IMG/VR virus record: IMGVR_UViG_3300018719_000035
Coordinates: 1-54,787 of that record
Direction: 5' to 3' (one strand)
DNA: 54,787 bases
From: a virus
Lineage: Duplodnaviria; Caudoviricetes
In this document: piece by piece, positions 8,196-18,015 of the stretch
Numbering within the stretch: position 1 is the first letter of the stretch
Layout: every line of letters begins with the position of its first letter
The notes under the pieces: model-generated
What the model saw: the letters and a program-made list of their open reading frames with translations, nothing else
Database searches by the model: none
What the model was told of the DNA's origin: nothing
Translations under genes and position numbers: made by a program

Positions 8196-11100
8196 CTAGT
8201 CCCAGACCTCAATACGACGGTTCGGGCCGTCAAGGCGGAACCCTCCCACGGTTGTCACGTCACTGGACGAGGAGACCGTTCCGATGATGGCCGAGACGGC
8301 TCCAAGCGATGCAACGTTGATCTGGTTAGCGCTGATCGAGCCGTCCGCGATGAAATCGCCGCGCATGGTCACGCGGGCCACGCCGTTGCGCGTGTTGATC
8401 GCAAAGACGGCTTCCTCACCAAACCCTGAGCCCGGAGCGCCAACGAGAAAGTCATCAACCGCGATCTTGAGTTCACTCTGAAGCCCGCCCGGGCCGTTGG
8501 CGCCGACGAGCTGCAACCCGCCGAAGAAACCGTTGGAGTCGAGCGTGACTTTCCAGGCACCGATGAGCTGCCCGGTGACATCGGCAACGGCGGTGAAGCG
8601 CTCGCCCACGGTGACGCCGGTCTGCTCGAATTCTGCCGTGACATCGGTGCCGAAGATGGCCAGCGCCTTGTCGGCCGTGACCTTGACCTGTGCGACCTGG
8701 GTGATGGCCGCCCTGCCCCTCTCATCCGCTTCCTCGGCAACGACGCGGGCTTCGCCCACGAGGTCCGCCGTCTGCAGCAGGATATCGAGGCTGTCCATGC
8801 GCCGGGCGAGAGCCGGAATAAGGTCGTCCGGCTGCACCTTCATGATCAGATGGTCGCCGCTCAGCACCAGAGGCGGCGGGGTCAAGACGACAATACTGAA
8901 GGCCCCGACCACGGTGGATGCAGTAACCCCCGCCACCCGCAACCGGATCGTCTGGGCCGCTGCGACGATCGCCTCAAAGGTCGTCTTATCGTCGTTATAG
9001 GCACGAACCCAAGTCTCGCCGCCATCATAGGACACATCCGCGATGTAGCTGATCGCGCCCTTGGCCGGCTGCCAGCCCGCTTGCAGGATCAGATTTGTCC
9101 CGCGCTGGTAGACATTGGCGGCGAGGGTCGTCACCACCGGGATTGACGGCGAGAACACATCCGGCACGTCAGGGAGCGGTTCAAAGCCGGTTTCGGTCAC
9201 ATCATAGACGGCGGGATCGTCCACCACGCCGGTCAAAGCGATGTGTTCGCCGTCCGTGTCCGGGGTGCCCTCGGTGATCAGCACCCGGAAGGTGCGCGGT
9301 TGGCCGGGAGAGAAGGCTGCGGTCGGACGGTCGGCCAGATCGGAACGGGCAATCGCATCGGCCAGGGTCATGCCCTGCCGCGTTGCCTCTGCTGCCATAT
9401 CGCCCGCGTTGACGATGGCGATCCGGTCGGATGCCCCTCGTGTGACCCGCACCGGCCCCCAGGGCTGTCCGTCCCGGCGCCGGACCTCCACATAGTGGTT
9501 CCCGCTCTCCTCCCATTCGAGGTCATGATCAAAGGTCAGGGTTCGGGTGGTGTCGTTATAAGCCACGACCTCGGCGGATTGGCCCCACGTCTCAGGCTCT
9601 TCGCAGGACAGCACGACAAGATCGCCGCGCTTGAGCAGTCGGCCCTCCGCCCGTGCCGTCCATGACACGGTGACACGCCGAAGGGCGTTCTCGGCCGCCA
9701 TAAACCGGACGAGCCCAGCCGCTTGCGCGCGCTTTTGGACACCCTGCAGCTGCACTCGGGCGGGCTTGGCGAGCGTCGTTCCGGCAGGAGCGCTCGATAC
9801 CTCGGCCAGCCGGAAGGTCGTCTCATCAAGATACTCGCCCACAATGCCGTCAGCGATATCGTCGTCCGCCAGCGTGTAATCGATGGTGAGCGAGTCTTTT
9901 ACGATGTCGTAGTCCGTGAACATCATGCGCGGGATGCCGCGGGGCTCGTCGCGGACGATGGTCAGGCGGTCGCCCACAGGCGCAGGCATGGCTCGGCCTG
10001 CCTTCAGGATCGTCTCAAGTGCATCATCAAGCGTCTGAGGCTCTTTGAAGACGTGATCGAAGGTGTGCCCGAGGGATGTCCAAAGCTGGTCGTAGGCATA
10101 GAACGACTGGAAGTCGACCTGATCGATCGACAGCCCTGCCCCATAATCCGCATTGCGCCAGATATCGAGCGCAGCCCAGGCAATCGAGCGGGACGGCTGC
10201 GTGACGAAGCCTGAGCCATTCCACACCGGGATTTTGCGTGTAGCGATGACACCGATCTGGCCGTTGGTGATGCCCTGAAGGCCCTCACCGGCTCGGGCAC
10301 GCACGGCAATGGTGGTCACACGCGGGAAGGCGTTCGGCCCGTCGATCTGAGCCCGCAGCGCAGACCAGACAATGTTATCGACCGTCGTCACCTTGCCGTT
10401 GTTGCTGGTGGTGCCTTCCAGTTTGGGGTCGGTACGACGGACGCGCACCTCGTAGCGCCCGGGAGGAACCGTGACGCGCTCGGTGATCCGGATCTGGCTT
10501 GTCTTGGCGTAGGTATACGTCTTGTCGAAGACCGTTTCCCAGCTTCCGACCGGGGCTCCCGCATCGTTGACAAGCCGAGCCTGCGCCACGACGTGAACCG
10601 CGTTGGGGTGGAGTTCGCCCTTGTAGGTATCCGCAAGGCCACCAGGAAACACGAAGTCGAACAGCAGCTGGGTTGCCTTCGTGCCGGCAGCATTGGCGGT
10701 GTAGCCCGGTGTATAGGTCGTGGACAGTTCGAGCCCGGAGACTTCCGTCGCCGTGACCACATTGACAGGAAAGAGCGTGACTTTCTCGCCAGGGTCGCAG
10801 ATCTGGATCCTGATGCCGGGGAAGGACGGGTTATAGCCGCCGCTCTTGGTCCAGATGCGGGTGTCCGCTATCCGCAGCTCTTCGATGTCATAGCTGCCGC
10901 AGCCCAGGCACAGCAGGGCATATTCCGTCATGTTGTCGCCGTCGAACTCCGAATACTTCGGGGCGGCGAAATCGGGAAAGGACAGGGTGCGGCCATACAG
11001 GACCGGGATGGGCTGAAGCGGACGGGCCTGGTTGCCGCCGAACCCGAAGGAATAGAGCTCCTCCTTGGCTTCGGTTTTGCCGCCAGCCTTGGGCTTGAGG

Positions 11101-11543
11101 AAATGGCTGATCGCCATCGCGCCGCCCGCGATAAGCAGCGAAGAGCCGATAGAGGCGGCGATACCCGTGAGGCCGATGGCAGCCATGGCATAGGGTGCGA
11201 GAGCCGTGAGCGCGACCATGGCAACGATGGCACCGATGCTCTTGGCCGTGGAGTTGCCCCCGCCGCTGTTGCCGCCGAGCGGACGGCTGATGAACTCGAC
11301 GTTATCGTTGGCGGTGAGCTTATGGGTCGCCCATTCGGCGCGACCATAATAGACGCCGTTGACCTTGCAGACGGTCGGCAGATCAAAGCGCCAGCCGGTC
11401 TCCGCGAGAACCTGCTCGATGGTCGGCTTGCGCTTGCGGGTCTTGTGCTCGGCAATGGGGAGCACGAGGCCGCTCTCGATCTGGCGAACGTCGTCGCGCT
11501 CCGGGTCGAAGACCAGGAGGTTATGCTTGACAGCGAGCTTCAT
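8196..11543 (-). CDS. Central tail tip / host-specificity protein (lambda gpJ-like, with gpI-like N-terminus)
   Basis: 1115 aa; NQARPLQPIPVLYG motif; C-terminal FIADGSISANQI; position in the tail module. Confidence 0.85.
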   Translation of the reverse strand: MKLAVKHNLLVFDPERDDVRQIESGLVLPIAEHKTRKRKPTIEQVLAETGWRFDLPTVCKVNGVYYGRAEWATHKLTANDNVEFISRPLGGNSGGGNSTAKSIGAIVAMVALTALAPYAMAAIGLTGIAASIGSSLLIAGGAMAISHFLKPKAGGKTEAKEELYSFGFGGNQARPLQPIPVLYGRTLSFPDFAAPKYSEFDGDNMTEYALLCLGCGSYDIEELRIADTRIWTKSGGYNPSFPGIRIQICDPGEKVTLFPVNVVTATEVSGLELSTTYTPGYTANAAGTKATQLLFDFVFPGGLADTYKGELHPNAVHVVAQARLVNDAGAPVGSWETVFDKTYTYAKTSQIRITERVTVPPGRYEVRVRRTDPKLEGTTSNNGKVTTVDNIVWSALRAQIDGPNAFPRVTTIAVRARAGEGLQGITNGQIGVIATRKIPVWNGSGFVTQPSRSIAWAALDIWRNADYGAGLSIDQVDFQSFYAYDQLWTSLGHTFDHVFKEPQTLDDALETILKAGRAMPAPVGDRLTIVRDEPRGIPRMMFTDYDIVKDSLTIDYTLADDDIADGIVGEYLDETTFRLAEVSSAPAGTTLAKPARVQLQGVQKRAQAAGLVRFMAAENALRRVTVSWTARAEGRLLKRGDLVVLSCEEPETWGQSAEVVAYNDTTRTLTFDHDLEWEESGNHYVEVRRRDGQPWGPVRVTRGASDRIAIVNAGDMAAEATRQGMTLADAIARSDLADRPTAAFSPGQPRTFRVLITEGTPDTDGEHIALTGVVDDPAVYDVTETGFEPLPDVPDVFSPSIPVVTTLAANVYQRGTNLILQAGWQPAKGAISYIADVSYDGGETWVRAYNDDKTTFEAIVAAAQTIRLRVAGVTASTVVGAFSIVVLTPPPLVLSGDHLIMKVQPDDLIPALARRMDSLDILLQTADLVGEARVVAEEADERGRAAITQVAQVKVTADKALAIFGTDVTAEFEQTGVTVGERFTAVADVTGQLIGAWKVTLDSNGFFGGLQLVGANGPGGLQSELKIAVDDFLVGAPGSGFGEEAVFAINTRNGVARVTMRGDFIADGSISANQINVASLGAVSAIIGTVSSSSDVTTVGGFRLDGPNRRIEVWD

Positions 11544-11546
11544 GGA

Positions 11547-11969
11547 TTAGGATTTGCGCCTGAAGAAGCGGAGGAAATTGAAACCGGAGGCTCGGAGTGC
11601 CGGCAGGTCGTCCACGACCACGCCAGCTGCCTTGTCGATGTGAATTACCGCGCCCGTTGTGGCAGGCACAATATAGGTGCCGAGGTGGAAGTCCCGCTTG
11701 GCGACGTTGCCCATGAGAACGAGATCGAGTTCCCGTGCCTCGGCTTCCGTCACCTCGTCCCAAGCCTGCCGCTCCGGATGCGAGAGCATGGCCTCGGCTT
11801 GTGCGCGGGTTGTGGGCTCGGCAAAGGGCACATCCGGCATGGCGATCCCGGCAAGCTCGTTCTGGATATGACGGGCGAGGCCGTAACAATCGAACTCTTC
11901 AGGACCACGAGCCCCGATCTTGTAGGGCTTGCCGATGAGGCTCTCAAAGAAGGCGAGACGGTCAGTCAC
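11547..11969 (-). CDS. NlpC/P60 tail protein (gpK-like)
   Basis: GKPYKIGARGPEEFDCYGL catalytic Cys motif and HLGTY; GTG start with GAGG RBS. Confidence 0.88.
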   Translation of the reverse strand: MTDRLAFFESLIGKPYKIGARGPEEFDCYGLARHIQNELAGIAMPDVPFAEPTTRAQAEAMLSHPERQAWDEVTEAEARELDLVLMGNVAKRDFHLGTYIVPATTGAVIHIDKAAGVVVDDLPALRASGFNFLRFFRRKS

Positions 11970-11976
11970 GACAGCC

Positions 11977-12180
11977 TCAATCCCAGATCTCAAAGCGCAT
12001 TCCGCCATCGGCATCGAACCGAATGAGGTATTTGTCTGCCCCAACCTTCACCGCCGCAGGCTCTGGGGGCTTGACGGTCCGAACCGGTGCCTCTGGCTCT
12101 TTCGCAAGAGCCTTTGCTGCCGCTGCCCCTGCCACAGGAGCCGCAGCCAAGAACCCGAAAAGCTTTCGACGTGAGAGCAT
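11977..12180 (-). CDS. Small protein with twin-arginine-like signal
   Basis: MLSRRKLFGFLAAAPVAGAAAAKALA; AAGGA RBS. Confidence 0.65.
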   Translation of the reverse strand: MLSRRKLFGFLAAAPVAGAAAAKALAKEPEAPVRTVKPPEPAAVKVGADKYLIRFDADGGMRFEIWD

Positions 12181-12190
12181 GTGACTTTCC

Positions 12191-12727
12191 TTATGAAACC
12201 GCCAGGAGGCTCGGGAACCGAACCATGTCATAGACCTCGCGCATGACCCGCATGTTCTGCGGGCGGGCGATGGCGAGTTGCCCCTCAAGCTGACGTGCCG
12301 TGCGCTTCACATTGCGAAGGATCAGCTTGTAAGGCCCCTGCCCGACCGTGTTGGGATCGGACGCCAGATAGCCGCGGAAGATCGCCTGAATGGGCGTGTT
12401 GAGCTTCACAGCTTCCTCAAGATAGCGGGAGGCCTCCCGGTTCACGTTGTCGAGCCGGATGGTGGCCTCTGCTCCAAGGTTGCCGATGCGGGGATAATCG
12501 ATCTCGAAAGGAATGGCCTTGAAGAGCACCGTCTGACCTCCGCCCACAGGAGCCCCCGCTTCCAGCTTGAAGTTCATGTCGACCGTGTTACGGACGGCAC
12601 GGATCGGGGCTGGCTGGCCGTTCTCCACGAAGACCGGATGAATCAGCTCAATGGTGATGAGCATGACCTCATCCTTCGGCGCGGAAGCGGATGCCTCGGC
12701 CCAGGCTTGCGTTGCTGAAATCGGCAC
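12191..12727 (-). CDS. Tail tip protein (DUF1833/gpL-like)
   Basis: Position, size and TIELIHP...IRLDNV pattern. Confidence 0.75.
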   Translation of the reverse strand: MPISATQAWAEASASAPKDEVMLITIELIHPVFVENGQPAPIRAVRNTVDMNFKLEAGAPVGGGQTVLFKAIPFEIDYPRIGNLGAEATIRLDNVNREASRYLEEAVKLNTPIQAIFRGYLASDPNTVGQGPYKLILRNVKRTARQLEGQLAIARPQNMRVMREVYDMVRFPSLLAVS

Positions 12728-13096
12728 TTAGAGATCCCAAACGTCGAGAGAAAAGGAGACGTTGATGCGCGGTCCGGCACGGGTTGCGGTATACTTCCCT
12801 CCGTTGCGGAGGCGGACGCGCCTGTCCGTGCAGCCGGTCAGATCGAAGACCGGCATGGTGAACTCAGCCGCCCCATGCGAAAGCGTGTCCCGCACGAAGG
12901 CCTTGAAGGAGAGGAACTGCTCGGTTGTCATGCGGATGGTCATATCGACCACGCCGACGACAGCGGTGAACTGGCGCCGCGAGCGGGTCGCCCCCGACTG
13001 CATTTCACTTTCGAGAACGCCGCGATGAGGCTCCGAAATGCCCGAAGGCGCAAGAGGCGCATGAGGCACGGTTGCCGGCCAGACGGGTAGAGGCAT
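12728..13096 (-). CDS. Distal tail protein (gpM-like)
   Basis: Follows the tape measure gene; MQSGATRSRRQF motif. Confidence 0.7.
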   Translation of the reverse strand: MPLPVWPATVPHAPLAPSGISEPHRGVLESEMQSGATRSRRQFTAVVGVVDMTIRMTTEQFLSFKAFVRDTLSHGAAEFTMPVFDLTGCTDRRVRLRNGGKYTATRAGPRINVSFSLDVWDL

Positions 13097-15108
13097 CAGC
13101 GGCCTCCCATCGGATTGACGCCGAAACGACCCTTGAGCGGCTTGTCGAGTTTCCCGCCCGCGATCATGCTCCCGAGCATCTGCTCGATCTGGACCTCAAG
13201 GCGCGGCCCCTGAGGACCGTTCGTCTGTCGCGTCGAGACCTGAGCTCCGGCGTTGTTGTTGATCACGACCTGCATAGATCCGCCGCCCTTCCCGTTCGGG
13301 ATGATGCGCCCCGGCGTCGTAGGGACAAACGTCTCTCGCCCGCTCTCGCCCACTGTGTAGGCGCGACCCGGATAAACGGCACCGCCCGACGCTTTTCCGG
13401 TGCCAAAGCCGAGGCCCTTGAAGAGCGACCCGATGAGACCACCCACAGCGCCGTTTGCTCCAGCCGTTCCGAAGAGACCAGCAAGAGGCCCCTGTCCCAG
13501 GAGAGCGGCCTGCAGAGCCATATCCGCGAGCCTCTTGGTGAGGTTCATCAGGGCTTCCTCAGCGTTCTCCCCACCAGAAATGATGTCCGAAAAGAACCCA
13601 CTGATCGATTGGCCAATGAAGTTCTGCAGTTCGGCAAAGCTCTCTTGTGCCTGTCGCGCCTCCTCCAGCTTCGCGGTCGCTTCGCCGTAAGCCGTTGCGA
13701 GCTTTTTGATATCTGCTTCAAGCGCTGGCGAAATCTGAATGTTGGCCTCTTTAGCAGCCGCGAGGAGTTCAAACTCAGCTTTTGCGGCGGCTACCTGCGC
13801 GGCCGACTGCCCAACGGTCGTGGCTTCCTGCTGGAGCGCTGCGGTGCGCTCCTGAATGAGCTTGATCTCACGCTGATAGTCATTGAGCTTTTCCTTCTTG
13901 CCCTTTTCCTCCCCGCTGGCAGGGAAACTCGCCAGAGAGACCGGGTTGATCTTTGGCGGCGGGGCTCCGACCAGAGAGGCTGGGGCCGGGCCAGAGGAGG
14001 ATGGCGGGGCTGGTTGACCCAAGCGAGCAGCCTGACGCTGGAGTTCCGTCAGTTCTTCCAGTTCCTGCCACCAACTCCTCGCTGCGCTGGTGTTCGGATT
14101 CCGCGACAGGAGCCCCTGAAGTTGCTGGATGCGTTGCGTCCGTCCGAACTGTGCCGGATCGATCGCGGGGCCGCTTCCTCCCCCTGGGAGGCTCTCACGG
14201 TAGGCCTTGTTCGCCTTGGCGACGTTCAGGACCGCTGCGGAGATACCGTCGATGACTTCAGCAATCTTCCCAAGGGATGAGGCCGTCGTGCCGGAATAGT
14301 TCACGACCTTGTCGAGCTCCCCAACAAGGTTTGTCATTGAGGTTCGAACGTTCTCCCAGGCTTGGCTTGTCGTCGAAGCGGCGCTCGCGGCCTTCTGCTC
14401 CAAAAGTGGCATGCCTGCAAGGAACGCGCGGAAGAATGCCTCCGAGGAGACTTTCCCGTCTTTTACGAGCTGCGTCAGCTTCCCGACATCGCCGCCCGCC
14501 TCACGGAGACCGGTCGCAACAGCTTGCAGTACAGGGTAGGCCCCGTCCAGAAGGCTGTTATATTCTTCTGCCTGGACCTTACCATTGCTCAACGCTTGGC
14601 CGAACTGGAGCAGCGCCCCGGCAGCTTGGTCAGTGCCAGTGCCTTGTATCTTGAGAGCCATAGTGACGCCCTCAGTCACACGCATCATCTCCGCACCCGT
14701 AGCGTTCAATCCTCGCTGGGCTTGACTGATGCGCCCGTAAAGTTGTGCCGTAGCCTCAAGCGGCGCATTCTGACGCTGCGCTATCGCAAAGATCTCGCGA
14801 TAGGTGTTCTGGAGTTTTTCTCCTTCTAGGCCCGTTACTCTCAAAGCATTCTGGATACGGGTGAAACTGTCCGCGAACTGCGTCACCTGCTGAACGGAGA
14901 ACCCTGCGAGTATGCCCGCAAAAGCCCCCTTCAGGCTGTTCCCGATCCCGCCAATAATGGCGTCCAACCGCTTCATAGAGCTTTGGGCACGCCGCTCCAC
15001 ATCGCGCATGGACCGATCCATCACAGAACGGGTCCGCGCCATCTCGCGTTCGTACTTCTTGATGTTCGCCTCAAGGACGACGGTGAGGCGTTCGATGTCG
15101 GTTGCCAT
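13096..15108 (-). CDS. Helper tape measure protein (670 aa)
   Basis: QFGQALSNGKVQAEEYNS tape-measure N-domain; ASGGAV...YTVGESGRETF C-terminal motif. Confidence 0.93.
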   Translation of the reverse strand: MATDIERLTVVLEANIKKYEREMARTRSVMDRSMRDVERRAQSSMKRLDAIIGGIGNSLKGAFAGILAGFSVQQVTQFADSFTRIQNALRVTGLEGEKLQNTYREIFAIAQRQNAPLEATAQLYGRISQAQRGLNATGAEMMRVTEGVTMALKIQGTGTDQAAGALLQFGQALSNGKVQAEEYNSLLDGAYPVLQAVATGLREAGGDVGKLTQLVKDGKVSSEAFFRAFLAGMPLLEQKAASAASTTSQAWENVRTSMTNLVGELDKVVNYSGTTASSLGKIAEVIDGISAAVLNVAKANKAYRESLPGGGSGPAIDPAQFGRTQRIQQLQGLLSRNPNTSAARSWWQELEELTELQRQAARLGQPAPPSSSGPAPASLVGAPPPKINPVSLASFPASGEEKGKKEKLNDYQREIKLIQERTAALQQEATTVGQSAAQVAAAKAEFELLAAAKEANIQISPALEADIKKLATAYGEATAKLEEARQAQESFAELQNFIGQSISGFFSDIISGGENAEEALMNLTKRLADMALQAALLGQGPLAGLFGTAGANGAVGGLIGSLFKGLGFGTGKASGGAVYPGRAYTVGESGRETFVPTTPGRIIPNGKGGGSMQVVINNNAGAQVSTRQTNGPQGPRLEVQIEQMLGSMIAGGKLDKPLKGRFGVNPMGGR

Positions 15109-15149
15109 GTGGGTCTCGCGGGGTAATATGCCCCAGAATGGGGGGCAGT

Positions 15150-15551
15150 ATGGCAATAGGTCTGTTGCGCTTTTTCGGCTTTATCAGCGTATTGGCCGGG
15201 TTCGGTGCTTTGGGTTTCAGCATCCTAACGGGGCCGCTGGTCTTCACGGTCGCGGCTTGGGGCGTTGGAATGCTCCTCGCGGGAGCGCCAATCCTCGGCT
15301 TCGCCTATGCCCTTGAACTGTTAGAAACCATTTCCCGGAATACGGCCCCGCCCCAACCAGCCTCCACCGAGCCCCCTGAGGTCGAAGCCCCCAAGGTCAC
15401 AGCTGCAGAGCTTTTCCGTCCTACAGGTAACTATCGAGGAATACCGTACGCCCACCACCTCGGGAGTGGGGTCAAAGCCATTGTTTTGGGGGAACGCCGG
15501 TCATGGAAAAGTCTTGATGATTTCAAGGCTGATATTGATCGAATGGGCTAA
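15150..15551 (+). CDS. Opposite-strand membrane moron
   Basis: Two N-terminal TM segments; inserted between the chaperone and tape measure genes. Confidence 0.7.
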   Translation: MAIGLLRFFGFISVLAGFGALGFSILTGPLVFTVAAWGVGMLLAGAPILGFAYALELLETISRNTAPPQPASTEPPEVEAPKVTAAELFRPTGNYRGIPYAHHLGSGVKAIVLGERRSWKSLDDFKADIDRMG

Positions 15552-15719
15552 TCAGGTCGTCTGATCGGGGAACGCATCGTAGGCCCGGCTCGCGGCTTCG
15601 AACTCCGCGTCGGTCATTTCCTTGGTCTGGTCGCCCCCGTGTGCTGCATTCCAGCCATCGAGACAGGCAAAGAACTGCCACAAGCTCATGGCATCCACCT
15701 CACGGGGTGGAAAACCCAT
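15552..15719 (-). CDS. Tail assembly chaperone C-terminal part (gpGT-like, via -1 frameshift)
   Basis: MGFPPREVDAMSLWQF; this frame is open back to the slippery site at 15797-15791. Confidence 0.75.
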   Translation of the reverse strand: MGFPPREVDAMSLWQFFACLDGWNAAHGGDQTKEMTDAEFEAASRAYDAFPDQTT

Positions 15720-16120
15720 TACGGCTCCTGTTCCGTAGAGGGCGGCGAACTGGATGAGGGCGCGCTCGTCGCCGCGTCGGGCGCTTCCCCTTTTCCCGGC
15801 TGGCCCTCCTGGTCAGTACCGTGGAGCGCAGCGCCCAGCACCAGCATGGCCGGTGCCTGAGCTTCCATCAGAGGGCGAGCGTCCACATAGCGCTGGACCA
15901 GGCGTAAAGCCTGCGCCGGCTCCATGCCACCGCCGATCAGGCCGAGGCGCATGACCTCGCGGGCATCATCGACCATCCATGAGCCGTCCATGAGCCGGTG
16001 CAGGAGCCGCAGGGGGCCGACGCCGGTCTTTTCCTGCAGCTCGCGCAACTGGCCGATGGCAAGGCGGAAGGTGTGGTTCCCATCCGCCCAATCGAAGGAG
16101 ATAGAAGCGTCCCGCGACAT
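15719..16120 (-). CDS. Tail assembly chaperone (gpG-like, GTA family)
   Basis: FRLAIGQLRELQE...RLGLIGGGM; lies between tail tube and tape measure genes. Confidence 0.85.
   Translation of the reverse strand: MSRDASISFDWADGNHTFRLAIGQLRELQEKTGVGPLRLLHRLMDGSWMVDDAREVMRLGLIGGGMEPAQALRLVQRYVDARPLMEAQAPAMLVLGAALHGTDQEGQPGKGEAPDAATSAPSSSSPPSTEQEP
15791..15797 (-). other. Programmed -1 frameshift slippery site G GGA AAA
   Basis: X XXY YYZ heptamer in the gpG frame (CCG GGA AAA); the -1 frame reads into the 15552-15719 ORF. Confidence 0.75.
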
Positions 16121-16581
16121 TAGGTGGCCGCAACGTCGGAGCGGACTAGCTCGCCATCACCTGTCACAGTGACGCTCACCTGCCACTTCTCGCCACGGGC
16201 GCCGGTGATGGAGTGATTGATGTGCGCCCGGCCAGCATAGCGCTTATTCGGCGTGCCCGATCCTTCACCAGCGCCAGCCAGATCGAGACGGACGTTCGTC
16301 GGGGCCGACGAGAACGTGGCATCCTCTAGCAACGGCAGCGCCTCCTTGGCGAGCACGCCAGAGAAGGTCATCGACCAGGCCAAGGCCACGACGTCGCGCT
16401 CGGTCCAAGCGGCCGCGTCGGGATCGTCACAATCCGGCACCGTGGTGTCGTTCGTTTCCTTGTCGATGGTGAGTTCCATCTCAGTGAAGCCGCAGACCTT
16501 CGCAAAGATTTCGGTCGGGGTTGCCCCGTCGCCAATGTAGAAAGCGCCCGCGCCAAAGCGGAGCGTAGTGGGAGCAGCCAT
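16120..16581 (-). CDS. Major tail tube protein
   Basis: FAKVCG...TTVPDCDDPD...W.ER motif; position. Confidence 0.88.
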   Translation of the reverse strand: MAAPTTLRFGAGAFYIGDGATPTEIFAKVCGFTEMELTIDKETNDTTVPDCDDPDAAAWTERDVVALAWSMTFSGVLAKEALPLLEDATFSSAPTNVRLDLAGAGEGSGTPNKRYAGRAHINHSITGARGEKWQVSVTVTGDGELVRSDVAAT

Positions 16582-16624
16582 TTTGTCGCCCTCTCTTAAA
16601 TTGCTTCCGACCGGGAAGCGCGGG

Positions 16625-17020
16625 TTAAGCCGGGTCGATCAACGCCCGAAAAGTGAGAACGGCATGGCTTGTAATGCCGTCCGGATCGTCCAACGTGCGG
16701 GTGTCCTGATGCTCATGTTCCACGACACGGAAGCCTTGGAGCGTCGGAAGCCAGCCGTGCAGAGCCGTGCGGGCCGCTGCCGCGAGCCTGCGAACCTCCA
16801 CCTGGCCAACGGCACGGGACCAGATGTGCAGCGTGACGAAGACCTCTGTGGAGTCGAGGCAATCGGCTCCGTCCGAAACCGTCTGAATGTCCCCGATGTT
16901 GAAGTAGGGAAAGACGGCAGCTGCCGGGATGCTGTCATAGACGCGCCCTCCGGCCTCGGAGACCTGCGACTTGAGCCGCGCCACATACGCGCCCTGCAGA
17001 GGCAAGGAAGGATCGCTCAT
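16625..17020 (-). CDS. Tail terminator (DUF3168)
   Basis: MSDPSLPLQ..RVYD..P....FPY motif; C-terminal HAVLTFRA. Confidence 0.85.
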   Translation of the reverse strand: MSDPSLPLQGAYVARLKSQVSEAGGRVYDSIPAAAVFPYFNIGDIQTVSDGADCLDSTEVFVTLHIWSRAVGQVEVRRLAAAARTALHGWLPTLQGFRVVEHEHQDTRTLDDPDGITSHAVLTFRALIDPA

Positions 17021-17523
17021 CGACCGGCTGCTTTCCTAACCGATTTCGTGGTCGCTCGGCTGATACGAGACTTCACGCGCTTGCGAGTCGCCCGCCAGCC
17101 TGGGAAAAAGAAGGGTTGTGGAGTTGCGCCGGGATGGCTCACGGTGGTGAGCAAGCGCCCATAAACGTTCAACAGCCCACCAGGACGTTTCGGCTTAATC
17201 TCGTGGGCTGAAGTGCCAAACTCCACGAAGGCCGCATAGAACGCCTTGGCATCGCCTGCGTGGATGGTCACGGTCAGATCAGGATCCCCGCCGCCGCTAC
17301 TTGCCGTCATCCCTCGAACGTTGGAGTTCTCCGGGCGGTAGGAGCCGAAGGTGTAACCAATGCTATTCTGCAGATCCCCGCTTTTGTGGGGAGCGAGGCG
17401 CTTCTGCATCGCCGTCACTTCCTCGGCGCCTTGTTTTAGTGCGTCGCGGATTGCCTGTCGTGGTGCCCCCTGGATTGCCGACAGCCGCTTGAGCGCTCTC
17501 TCGCGGTTCCGAACCTTCGTCAT
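17017..17523 (-). CDS. HK97 gp10-family neck protein
   Basis: AP..SGDLQNSI, FYAAFVEFGT and PQPFFFP motifs. Confidence 0.88.
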   Translation of the reverse strand: MTKVRNRERALKRLSAIQGAPRQAIRDALKQGAEEVTAMQKRLAPHKSGDLQNSIGYTFGSYRPENSNVRGMTASSGGGDPDLTVTIHAGDAKAFYAAFVEFGTSAHEIKPKRPGGLLNVYGRLLTTVSHPGATPQPFFFPGWRATRKRVKSRISRATTKSVRKAAGR

Positions 17524-17662
17524 AGGTTGCCGCTCCTGCGTCGACGGCCGCTCTCGCGTGGGCCGTTGTGATCAGCACGCTTTTCTGACCGGCCTTGTTG
17601 GCGAGAACCACGCCAGTCTTCGGCCGGAAGTCGAAGTCACGGGTAAAGGAGACGCGTGGCAT
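17363..17662 (-). CDS. Small head-tail region hypothetical protein
   Basis: GGAGG RBS and coupled start; 3' end overlaps gp10 by 161 nt, so the true end is uncertain. Confidence 0.45.
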   Translation of the reverse strand: MPRVSFTRDFDFRPKTGVVLANKAGQKSVLITTAHARAAVDAGAATYDEGSEPRESAQAAVGNPGGTTTGNPRRTKTRRRGSDGDAEAPRSPQKRGSAE

Positions 17663-18015
17663 CAGCTTGCTCCTCCAAGGGTGCAGGACAGGAGGCGGAA
17701 CTGCCTCCGATATTCTTCCGGGTCTGTGACCGAGAGGATGGCGAAGACGCGGGACGGGTCACGCGCATCGACGGCCCGCCATTCAGTTTTGATGTTCGCC
17801 GTCTGCGCCGACCATCGCACCCACACATCAACAGGGTTGACACCCTGCAGGCGCTGGGCCGTGACGGTCTCGCGACCGGGGGAAGCCGTCACACGAGCGG
17901 CGACGGTGAATTGATCCGCCCAGGGGCCTGAGACCTCGTTCCCATAGCCGTCATCAACGACGCCTCTGGCCTGGAACGTGATCCGGTCCTTGAGTTGGCC
18001 TGCGAGAACCGGCAT
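17662..18015 (-). CDS. Head closure / head-tail adaptor
   Basis: AGQLKDRITFQ..VDDGYGN...W motif. Confidence 0.85.
   Translation of the reverse strand: MPVLAGQLKDRITFQARGVVDDGYGNEVSGPWADQFTVAARVTASPGRETVTAQRLQGVNPVDVWVRWSAQTANIKTEWRAVDARDPSRVFAILSVTDPEEYRRQFRLLSCTLGGAS

Noticed and set aside
10593-14280. Long plus-strand ORFs (477 aa at 10593-12026 and 402 aa at 13072-14280)
   Set aside because: They are antisense shadows of high-GC tail genes and have no recognisable motifs.
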